From IMG/VR virus record IMGVR_UViG_3300021400_000012, positions 1-64,000 of that record: a stretch of DNA of 64,000 bases; one strand, written 5' to 3'. Below are positions 33,697 through 43,937 of the stretch, in pieces. Source of the stretch: a virus (taxonomy: Duplodnaviria; Caudoviricetes). The stretch's first letter is position 1; every line of letters starts with the position of its first letter. The notes under the pieces were generated by a model, which was given only the letters and a program-made list of their open reading frames with translations, did no database searches and was not told where the DNA came from. Made by a program: the position numbers and the translations under genes.

Positions 33697-36600
33697 ATGG
33701 CGCAAGTACTTAAGGGTTCAGTTTCCACGCCCGCGATATCATTCGCGCATAGTGATGGATCTGGTACTAGTAATAACTATTTAAGATTAGATTGGACTGC
33801 GAAATAGAGTGGAAATAAAAGTACTATTACATGGACTTTATATTATGGTGGTAATCTTCTGTCTGGGTCTAATGGCCCTCAACGGACTCGTATTTCTCAA
33901 TGTTTGCTAAGCATTAGGTCCGTTAGTGGTGGTGGAACCATAAGCAAGACTTATTCAACTTCTTCTCCTTTAGCCATATTACCATATGATACTACTCGCG
34001 CCTTTACTTGGGCTACATTAAATACAACCACATCTTATACTGGTTCTTTTACAGTTACGCATAATAATGGTGTTGGTAAATTTACTTTATAGTTACATGC
34101 TAATATTTATGATCATGGAACTGCTGGATGGGGTGGTGGTAATGCAACAAGTTCTTCAGTTACTTTTGAATTACCGACAACAACAACAGCTTGTACGGCA
34201 CCTACCAGCGTCACTTTAACTGATGCTATCATTTTACCGAGTGGATCTTTTTCTGTTGCGTGGTCTGGCGCGAAGGCGGGAACTAATAATACTATTAGTG
34301 GTTATAGAATTTATTATACAGTAACTTCAGGCGGTACTGCTCCTACAACTTCATCAACTTACGTGGCTGTAGATTCGACTGCAACCTCAGGTAATGCTAC
34401 AATAACCTTATCAAATGCATCACGTGGATATATCGTAAAATGTGCAGTGCAAACAATAGGCAGTGCTGGCAGCTCATATTGGTCAGGACTTAAGCAAGCT
34501 AGTGGAACTGTTACGATTAATCAATTACCAGCTCCGCCAACTTTAGATTAGGCGGACTAGACAATTTTATCAACTTCTAGTGGGGTGTCTGTAACCGCTA
34601 CGGCGGGAATAGACCCAGATGGACAAACTGTAGAGGTGTGGTATAAAACAAGTTCAACCGGTACTTTAGCAAAATATACAACCAATCCTAGTATAATTAA
34701 TCCTTCTGCTGGTGATAGTGCGACTTGGTATTTTTATACTAAAGATAGTCTTGACGAATATAGTTAGCCGGCTGAAATTACAATTATTAAAAATCTAAAA
34801 CCAGTATTGACAGCGGGAACTTATACTACAGATACTTATAAAATTTAGAATTCAACTGGTGCAAGTGGTAACTATAATAAGGGATATGCTTATGGTATTA
34901 CACCAACCCTTACATGTAATAAAACATGTACATTACAAATTACTCGTTAGTATTATGTTGGTAATACAACTAGTTCAATTTCAAATTGGAATAGTGGTGA
35001 TCCGCTTGAATTTGAAGTTAATGAAGCTGGATCTGTTACTTTAAATAAATATATTCTTTATGATTAGATAGAAAGTCTTAATAGTTAGACCACAGCATTT
35101 AATTGGCGCTTAAAAATTGAAGTAATTAGAGATTTGGAAACATCGAATATTATTTATTTTCCAAGCGCGACCACCTATTATATGATTGCACCTTTTATGC
35201 AAACAACTAATATATATAATCAATTTAGTGATTTAAATGTGGCGGGCAGTAATAGCAATTAGGTATATCGACAATTGAGAGTAAAATTTCCTACTGACAC
35301 AAGCATTGATTCTACAACTTATACTGTTAGTGCTGGTAATTCTATTACTGGTATTAGTCATGCCACTTCTGTTGCCAATGATTATACTAGAATTGATATT
35401 ACTTTGCCCGAAGACATCGCTAGCGCGACTTAGATTGTTTGTACAATATCAGCTTAGACCATAGCTAGTGCCGATATTGTTAGAACAAAAACCCTATCTT
35501 CTGTTTAGGAGACTTAGGTACCCTCTCTTTCAAGTAGTCCGATATATCCAGAGTTAATTAAACCTTTTTCTACTTCTGGTATTACTGCAATTAGTATTGC
35601 AGATCCATTTGATGGAAATTCTTATTCAACTTATAACATTTTAAATTTAAATAGTATTAAATTAATAATTGCTCCAACTCAGGATAGTAGTGATAGTTAC
35701 GAAATTGCTTCAACAGTCAGCGGCGCGCAATGGACAAAAAGTAATGATGTGTTTGTTAAAAATTTTAACAATACTGATTTTTATGATTTTTCCAATCCCT
35801 GGTCTTTATCCTATGATGGAGTAAAAACATATTTTGCACGGATACAGATCACAAATGTTTTTGGTCAAATATTTTATTCTCCGTGGACAGAAGCGAGAAA
35901 ATTTGATTTTGTTGAAAATTTAAACTCTGTTACAATGGGCTAGTTTTTCTGGGCTACCAGCTCCACAGGGACTTTTAATAATTTAGATAGTGGTAATTTA
36001 GGGCGTTTATGGGAAGGAATGTATTTACGCATCCAACCCACAATTAATTATTGGACAAAAGGAACAATTACTGTTAATTTGTTCAACAATAATAACGTAC
36101 TAATCGAAACAAAAACTATTAATGCTCCTGGTGCTACAAATCGTACAGCGGTTGATACTTCTACTTCTTTTATAGTGGGGCCACTTGGCACCTTTGCCTC
36201 TACTACCGGGCAATCCTATACAGTTTCAGCTTAGTTGAATAATACGACTACTGCTACTACTTCATCAGTTACTCACAATGTAGGTCGATTAACTACCGCG
36301 GATTATAGTTTAGTATCGGCTTCGGTTTCTAAACCAGATAGCTCTTCGCATTATTATATTGATTATAATATTGCTGGATCTGATTCAGGCATTGATAGCG
36401 CTTTAAATAGTACTTATACTGTTGGACGGTATTTGGAAATTGGAGCGACTAGTAGCATTAATATTGGAGTTGCTTCGTCAACTGGACGAGTGGATACACA
36501 ATTAACTGCATGGGATGTATAGCAAGTTGATATTTTAACCTCTGTGGCAGTTAATACAAAACCGAATTCTAATGTAAATGTATCTTATACTCTTACTAAA

Positions 36601-36807
36601 CTTTCTCGTTCACCAGCAGTTACAGTATATAGTTTAGCACCAACTCTTGCCTATAGACAAAATCAAATTGGTATTAACACAAGTGTTAGCAGCGCTGATA
36701 ATGATGCTGCAGTCGTTGTCCAGGCCGCGTCTAATCATAATTTAATTAAACTGAAAGGCGCTTCAAATATTATTTATATTGATTTGGAAAATGGAAGAAT
36801 TTATTAA
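33697..36807 (+). CDS. Putative receptor-binding/tail fibre protein, Ser/Thr-rich with Ig/FN3-like repeats (1036 aa, code 15)
   Basis: GGAGG RBS; track fragments from 33904 to 36544 in one frame; APTSV...VAWSGA...ISGYRIYY FN3-like pattern. Confidence 0.65.
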
Positions 36808-36808
36808 T

Positions 36809-36837
36809 TTGACTTTTGAAAAATTTTTTGATATAAT
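36809..36837 (+). promoter_or_regulatory. SigA-type promoter
   Basis: TTGACT-N17-TATAAT with extended -10 TG. Confidence 0.75.
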
Positions 36838-36870
36838 ATAAATAGTAAGATAAAGGAGACTAAAATTAAA

Positions 36871-37254
36871 ATGAAAATAAAAATGTCAAATGCACTTGAT
36901 ATTTTAGCGGTATATAGAAAAATTAAAGATCAAGTAATGCCAATTTCTATTACCTATAAGCTTGCAAGACTATTTAATAGCTTTCAAGAAGCATCTGAGT
37001 TTTATTCGGCTGAATTAAGTAAAATAATTGATCGCTATAGCGAAAAAGATGCGGGAGGACACCCAATTCCGCTTGATTACGGCTCTGGCGTAAAAATTCA
37101 GCAAGAATATTTAGTAGAAGCGCAAGAAAAACTGAATGAACTTCTTCGGTTGGAGGTAGACGTTCCCGACATCACGTTTACTCTTCAAGAGTTAGAGCCA
37201 GTTCAACTTTCACTTGATGAATTTAATCAATTATTACCATTTATCCAAGACTAA
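36871..37254 (+). CDS. Hypothetical helical protein
   Basis: 127 aa, AAGGAG RBS, TAG-free. Confidence 0.8.
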   Translation: MKIKMSNALDILAVYRKIKDQVMPISITYKLARLFNSFQEASEFYSAELSKIIDRYSEKDAGGHPIPLDYGSGVKIQQEYLVEAQEKLNELLRLEVDVPDITFTLQELEPVQLSLDEFNQLLPFIQD

Positions 37255-37255
37255 C

Positions 37256-37289
37256 AAAAAAGACGGAGTTTAAAGCTCCGTCTTTTTTT
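37256..37289. terminator. Bidirectional terminator where the two arms converge
   Basis: AAAAAAGACGGAG...CTCCGTCTTTTTT. Confidence 0.85.
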
Positions 37290-38007
37290 ATTCCCAACTT
37301 ACAATTTCCGTTTTCTTTTGATGACGTTCTGCAACATATTTGCCAATTCCAATTGCATCCGCGCAGTCGTCACTTACGCTTATATCAAACCATTTTTTTA
37401 CGAGATTTTGCATCGACTTTTTCTTGTCGCTTCTTGTTTGTCCTTTTACTCCACAGTAGGCGCGCCAGGTATTTGTTGGACAAATTTCATATGGCAATTT
37501 TAAGCTTACACATTCTTCAATCAAAACTCCCTATAACCGCGCGAGAGCCTAGAATGTTGTGACACCAAAAGACTATTGATACTAAATACCCTCAATACCA
37601 ATTACATCAGGCTAGTAGCTATCTACCATAGATAAAAACCATTCTTTTACTTCGTGGATACGAGTATCCTCTTCAGCTGTTTTTGTCTCAAAAGTGCCAT
37701 AAGTAATTAATTTTGCATCATCATAAATTGAATAACCACAAACATGGCTGGCTTGATCGAGTGCTAATATTCTATTAGCACTTTTATTTTTTTCAATTAT
37801 AAGTGGTTTTACATCTTTAAATTTATTGGCTTTACAAATAGGGCATTCGCGCCGTGTACGCAATTTGCCCCAGCTAGTATAAACTGAGTGACCTTCGGGA
37901 CATTTAAATTCTAACTACTCATTTAAATTTTGATAGGTAGTAGATATAATTTTCCAATGGTCTACTTCTAATTCTTGTGCTATCTATTCTATTGTAATTT
38001 TAGCCAT
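37288..38007 (-). CDS. ruvC: RuvC-like Holliday junction resolvase with N-terminal Zn ribbon (239 aa, code 15)
   Basis: ILALDQAS, VIGIEG and DDCADAIGIG catalytic motifs; CPEGH...CPIC; seven in-frame TAGs. Confidence 0.85.
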
Positions 38008-38924
38008 TACTTTAATCCAGTACTCCCAAATCCGCCTCCACGGTCCAAATCATCAATTTTTGCGATTGAATCAACGCGATAAAAAACTGCTTTTGGCACT
38101 TCTGATAAAACTAGCTGGCAGAATTTTTCGCCTTTTCCAATAGTATAAGACTAACCAAACTCAATATCGGAAAAATGAATTACTGGATCATTTTCAGCAG
38201 TATCCCAATTGTGAATATCAATTTTTCTAATTGGCGGATCAACATTTTCGATAATGATCTTGATCTCATCGCGGTATCCACTATCAATTGTGCCCGGTGT
38301 ATTGGCCACGCGCAGTTTTGTTTTGAGAGCGCGACCGCTCTTAGGACGAACCTGAAGTTCATATCCCGGCGGCAGAGCAACTTTGATGCCCGTTGGCACT
38401 AAAACGGTTTCACCAGGCTTTACAGTAATATCATCTAATGCATAGACATCGACTCCACTATCACTTATGTGCGCGTACTGTGGAATTTTTGCGTTTTCAT
38501 GGCATAACTCTAAAGGAATTGAAATATAACGTTTTGCAATTCCTTCTGTTTCAGAAACGGCATTAACAATGGTCGCAACAAGCTGTTTTAAAAAATCTTT
38601 TTTTGCAACAGGTAATTCTAATTTTTCAAATCCAGTTAAAACCTCATTTATATCATTAACAATATCATCGCTTGTATAGCCCAAAGAATTAAGAGCTTGA
38701 ACAAGCATTAACTTGTCATTTGGATTATTAACTGATTGTTTGAATGATTCTAAAACACCTGGCGCCAGAATATCAAATTGTTCATCTGGTGCTTCAAGTA
38801 AAACTAAAAGGCTTTGAGATAAATCTGCATTTTGGTCATCACCTAACTCATGAAGTGATTCATTAAGTGTAGAAGTTACATTTTTTATATCTTCTTGTGT
38901 TACTTTTCTTTCTTCGTTAGCCAT
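38007..38924 (-). CDS. dut: Trimeric dUTPase with N-terminal extension (305 aa, code 15)
   Basis: SGVDV, RPKSG and GTIDSGYRDE motifs. Motif 4 (CQL) and motif 5 (RGGGFGSTG) lie after the TAG at 38151. Confidence 0.9.
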
Positions 38925-39136
38925 TATTCCTCCCAGAGAGCGCCAAACACTTGCGTTACGCTAACAACCCACTTTTCTCCGATTATTTCTCCCTTTGCCT
39001 TTTTTACTTTATATTCATAACCAGCCTTTTTTACAACATATCCTTTTTCTTCCGCTTGCTCACGAAAAGCTTCGATCATATCTTTTGCCTTGACTTCACT
39101 ATCGACAGCATATTTTTGCGTTGTTTCTAGTAACAT
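38924..39136 (-). CDS. Hypothetical protein
   Basis: 70 aa, AAGGAG RBS. Confidence 0.75.
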   Translation of the reverse strand: MLLETTQKYAVDSEVKAKDMIEAFREQAEEKGYVVKKAGYEYKVKKAKGEIIGEKWVVSVTQVFGALWEE

Positions 39137-39158
39137 TATTTACTCCTTTTTCTCCATT

Positions 39159-39809
39159 TTAAATTTCCATAATATCTTTTATATATGGTAAATTTTTAAG
39201 TGTTTCTACAAACTGATTCCATTCATCTAATTTGTGACCAGTTCGTTGATTGATGATGGTAACTACGTTTTCATAATTCATAGTTACAGTTCTTTTCTGA
39301 TTATAGGATGATGGAAGTAATTGAATCATCTACCACCAGTCAGGCTTACATTTACAAGCCAAGTATTTTTCCCTATAATCATTTAGGCAATCAATGATTG
39401 AATTAAATACTTCTAATGCAGGCTTATTTAAATGCTCATGACTAAAGTCATCAATCATAAATTCTTTTGAAGCAATCTTATGCATTGTAGAGCATGAATT
39501 TGCAACTGTACCGACCTTATAAGTATCAAATTCTTTCCACCAATATAATGGTGCAGTAATGTCCATAGACACACAAATTTGTCTTAAATATTTACGATGC
39601 TCTGTTCCTGCTTTATATAATTTTTTCATAAGATTTAAATCGCTGGGACCAAGATTGAAAGAATATTCTTCTTTTATCGAACCATCATTATATTCAACTT
39701 TTTCTTTAAAAATACCACTGTCACTTTTATCCCAGCTATTTAAAGGATTTCTCATTCCCCTAATAGCATGTGCTAATCCCCATGAATCAATATTCTCTAC
39801 TTTAATCAT
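39159..39809 (-). CDS. thyX: Thy1/ThyX-like flavin-dependent thymidylate synthase (216 aa, code 15)
   Basis: EHRKYLR, APLYWWKEFDTYKVGTVANSCSTMH, WW-TAG-MIQLLPSSYNQKR, R..HKLDEW. Confidence 0.75.
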
Positions 39810-39831
39810 TTTTCCTCTAATTATTTTAAAG

Positions 39832-40023
39832 TCAACTTTTTATTTTGTAGTAAAGGCCGCAATGACAATATTCTCCACTTTTTATGTTTTCTCTAAAATC
39901 CTTACATATACAACGAGTATCATCATTTTTTTCGAGCGCGCAAGGACAATATCCATCATTCTCAGCAATAGCTTTTAAAATTGTCATCACTTCTTCGACA
40001 TCTTCATTTACGATAAATTTCAT
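39832..40023 (-). CDS. Ferredoxin:thioredoxin reductase catalytic-chain-like protein
   Basis: YCPC...CIC...CHCGLY cysteine pattern. Confidence 0.75.
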   Translation of the reverse strand: MKFIVNEDVEEVMTILKAIAENDGYCPCALEKNDDTRCICKDFRENIKSGEYCHCGLYYKIKS

Positions 40024-40499
40024 TCATAATACCTCGCGTATTGATTATCACTTGCAAGATTTACTCCTAGAACTTCATCGTAATGTGACTGCTGGCCGGG
40101 TTTAAATCTACCATATTTAATGTAAATATTTCCTTGCCAGACAATATGACTAAATCCGAGCATATTTTCTACTTCTTGTTCAGTATATCCAGTATAGATT
40201 ATAATTGGATCATTTGAAACGTGGCGAAAAGCTAAAATCAATTCATAAAGTTCATGAATTGAATCAAATGGTTCTAATCCACCGCAAATTAATGCTGTTG
40301 TAATTGGATTTTGTAAATATCGTTCAATAATTTTATTGATGGGTACTTCAACTGGATTTTCATTTGCTAGTGCTGAATTTTGGCAAACTGGGTGGCCGCA
40401 TTCTTGATCGCATTTAAAGCTGCAATTTGGGAATACGACCATCATCCCAATTTCTTTAAAGTCACCAAAACATTCGTCTTTAATTCCTTTAATTAACAT
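40020..40499 (-). CDS. nrdG: Anaerobic RNR activase (radical SAM)
   Basis: CSFKC...C cluster, GGLEP, YTGY, ASDNQ; adjacent to nrdD. Confidence 0.85.
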   Translation of the reverse strand: MLIKGIKDECFGDFKEIGMMVVFPNCSFKCDQECGHPVCQNSALANENPVEVPINKIIERYLQNPITTALICGGLEPFDSIHELYELILAFRHVSNDPIIIYTGYTEQEVENMLGFSHIVWQGNIYIKYGRFKPGQQSHYDEVLGVNLASDNQYARYYE

Positions 40500-42411
40500 T
40501 AACATCCTCCCACTCTCTTAGCTTATATTCTGCTTTACGCTCTTTAGACCAAGATTGAATAGGAGTATAAAATCCTACTACACGAGTATACTCGGTAGCC
40601 ACTGGTTCACCGCATAACGGACAAACTTTTCCATAAAATGCGTGATTATGCTTACAAGCTTGAATCTTTGTATTAAATGCAAAATATGTTAAACCTTGAT
40701 CTGCAATATATTCGGTCATCTTCCATGCTTTTTCAAAACTATCAAATGGGGCTTCAATATTAATATGGGCAATTGAGCCACCATTACAATAAGAGTCAAA
40801 TAAAGATGCAATGCGAATACGTTCATTTAAAGTTGTTTTAATTCCAAGCGGAATAAATTGATTGCCATATAATGGAAGATCGTCTACGACTTCATCACCG
40901 AATAAAAGTTCATCCGCTTTTTGGAACTTCGCCGCGCATGATTCGCCTGGGATTTGTTCAAGATTGATTTTATAATTCTTGTCCAAAGCGAATTGATCTT
41001 TTGTACGATGAATTACTTCAAAAATCTTTTTACCAAATGCATCTGCTTCAGCTGTATAATAAGTATTACCAAATTCGTCCATTCTTGTATAGCCAAACTT
41101 CTTCATAGTTTCGTAAACGCCAATAATACCAATAGTATTATATAAATGGTCAAAATCTACAAGGCCTTTAGAGAAATTTGGAAGTAAACCTTTTTCAACA
41201 TTACGAGTTATGATATGGCGGACAACATCCAATACCTTACAATCCAGTTCAACCATGTCGCGCAATGCAACCAAATATTCTTGTTCATTTCTATGTTCTA
41301 ATGCAATTCGTGCCAAGTTCACCGTGGAAACTTTCACCGAACCAACCTTTAAAGCCGTACCACCAATAGAGTTGAAATACCCAAGATCATCAATATTAGA
41401 TTTTAAACGGCAGCAATTTGATAATGAAGTAACAGAATCATCAATAAAGAGATTACTATCATTCCATTCCATATTATGCTTAATGCCCCAGCGTGCAAAT
41501 TCTTCATCTACAAACTTATGGTCTTGCCGCAGTAACGAGATAGTTAAAACTGGGAAAGTGAACATATTCTTTTGACGAATTGATGCTACTACTTCCATAA
41601 AAACTTTTTGAAATTCTTTTATCTCGTCTAATTCATCCACCATAAAGGTACCGTCGGGGAATTCTGCACCTCCAAATAAAGCTTCGAGGTAGGGTCCGTC
41701 GAATACTGATACATTTGTAAAGGCGGACTGCATACCGTCGCGGACGTAGGGTTGGTTGACAGCGTATATAAAACGTTGGATTTGCTGACGGGCATAGTAA
41801 TCGTTATCTTTTGTCGTGTATCCATTTTCACAATCTTTCTTCCAGAAATAATACATATATGGGATTAAATTTGGTAATCCTACTGCGCCAGATGAACGAT
41901 TTGCCGCAAAACTAATAAATTCTTTTACAAAATCTACAAATGTTGACAGATGCTTTGGCGCTTCATAGTTAAAATTATTTAAGAAGAACAAGCCTTTTTC
42001 AGCTAAGTCTTTTAAATCATATGCAAAGCAATAATGCAAAAATGTAGCTGTGTCAGCATCGTGCATATAAAGTGCTTTATTCCATTCTGCTCGCAGCCAG
42101 TCATTTGCAATTTTAAACCCATATTTTTTATTAAGTTCATAGTAAATTTTATTATAGGCTAAAAGTTTACGATGCGGCTTAGGCATTTCATTCATGAGCG
42201 TGCGCATATCTTTTGACGAGACATTTGCATTACTGTCAATGGAAGCATCGGCGACAGTTTCGGTATCAATAAAGTTTTGGATAAAATCGGTATAAGATAA
42301 TTGTTCATCTCCCATACCGTTCAGTCTCGCAAACTCTTCGCCATATTCGCCTTGTAACTTATTGAACTAAGTTGTAAAATTTTTATTAAGCTTTACATTA
42401 ATGGACGCCAT
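40489..42411 (-). CDS. nrdD: Class III ribonucleotide reductase (640 aa, code 15)
   Basis: TFPV, SNCCRL, glycyl-radical RVVGF. True start is ATG 42411 behind AAGGAG, with a TAG at codon 15. Confidence 0.92.
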
Positions 42412-42613
42412 TCATCACTCCTTTTAAGAATTTATTGGCGGCCATAAAATCCATTACTTGTCCATCGACTTCAAGTACAGGCGCCATTCTAAAACCTTTT
42501 TTAATCATTTCTTCTACGTCATCGACTTCTGTGTAATTTAATCCAGCTTGTTTTAACTTCGTTTCAAGTACTTTACACTTCGGGCAATGCGTAGAGTATA
42601 ATGTTATTTCCAT
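42398..42613 (-). CDS. Glutaredoxin/NrdH-like redoxin
   Basis: YSTHCPKC...APVLEVDG. Confidence 0.85.
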   Translation of the reverse strand: MEITLYSTHCPKCKVLETKLKQAGLNYTEVDDVEEMIKKGFRMAPVLEVDGQVMDFMAANKFLKGVMNGVH

Positions 42614-42805
42614 TTACTTATACTCCTTGTCACAATAAATACAGAATCCCATTTCATCATACTCATGAGGACACTGGTCTTGTAAACGACGGTTCTCATC
42701 AAGCAGCTCTTGGATTTTCTGATTTAAGACAAAGATATTGTGAGGTTGTTCAGCAATTAATTTATTGTTTTCGATAATTCGTTTACGGATTTCTAGTCCA
42801 TTCAT
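42614..42805 (-). CDS. Small coiled-coil/Zn-binding hypothetical protein
   Basis: MNGLEIRKR...CPH...CIYC; AGGAGG RBS. Confidence 0.65.
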   Translation of the reverse strand: MNGLEIRKRIIENNKLIAEQPHNIFVLNQKIQELLDENRRLQDQCPHEYDEMGFCIYCDKEYK

Positions 42806-43937
42806 TAATAAATTGTCCTCCTTCATAGACAACTGAGTCCCATTCATAAAACATTTTGAAGATTGAATAATCTCGCTCACGAAAGAACTAAAATATAGAT
42901 CGCATTTCATCGACCGTTACAGTAATTGTTCTGAATGCCCAAGTCAAATAGCGCATTGATGAATCTTTTGCACAGATTCGATAGAGCGTTTGATAACGTG
43001 GCGCGCAGTCATCAAAATAACAAAAACTTAACCAACAATTTAGCAATTTAATATATTTTTCTAATTCCGGAGTTTTGAAAAAATCATCGTCATATTTAAG
43101 TAAAATTTTTATACCGCTCTTTCGTAAAAATAAAGTTTGGACAAAAATTTTTCTTGCCCGATGTATCAAAAAATCATTCTCGTCGGTACATCCATAGGTT
43201 ACATTATAATATACTTGACGGGCCATTCGCTTATTTTGCATACACAGATTATAAAGTACTTCATCAGTCATAAGTCCTTTATATTCAAGCAAAAGCCCAT
43301 TCGGAATTGTAACAACCTTTAACCAGTTTTGTAGTTCATCAGAAGAATAAATATTGATTGGATATTTATTCCCTACTGGGTATGGGCGTATTTCATCTTT
43401 ATAAATAAATTTACGTCTACTTTGAATTTCAGAAATTACGTCATAGGCTTTAAGGGCGGCCAGGTCATAGTCATGTAAAAAGATACCAGTGATGCCCTTG
43501 TAAAAATATGACGAAAATTCTTTTGCCGGCATCAAGTTATGTCCATCTGGCGCCAGCCGCATATGCGCGCAATTTAAGATACGCTCAAATACTTTCTAAT
43601 CAGTTTGCGTGCGGCCGAAGTAAGATGAATATGGGTCATAGACGTGCATATTCGGAATTGTAGCTTCCACCGCAGGCGGCAAAGGCTTAGATTTTTCAAC
43701 CGAGAAGACTCTGCCGCCATATTCGACATTTGGAAGGAATAGTTTCTTTGGGTACTCTCCATCGTCATATTCTTTTCGCACAATAAACGAGGTATATCGT
43801 TCGGGTTCTAACTACGTTGCTAGTGCAGCGATTGTTTGGTGATTTCGATAATAAGTAAGGTACTTGGCGCAGTCAATGTTAGGAATTACGTGTTCATAAT
43901 TAAAAAAATCATAATCATGGATACCAACAACTGCCAT
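42783..43937 (-). CDS. Hypothetical protein resembling a degenerate phage radical-SAM protein (384 aa, code 15)
   Basis: One frame over TAGs at 43812, 43596 and 42888. N-terminus VGIHDYD...IPN...YGG...LP..VE..IP; no CxxxCxxC. Confidence 0.55.

Noticed and set aside
17336-36807. Fragmented tail genes as pseudogenes of a decayed prophage, or as sequencing errors
   Set aside because: Breaks are always TAG, the frame is preserved over many kb, and conserved Gln sites are TAG, which is what recoding predicts.
33697-36807. Diversity-generating retroelement targeting the fibre genes
   Set aside because: No reverse transcriptase and no adenine-variable TR/VR pair seen in the window.
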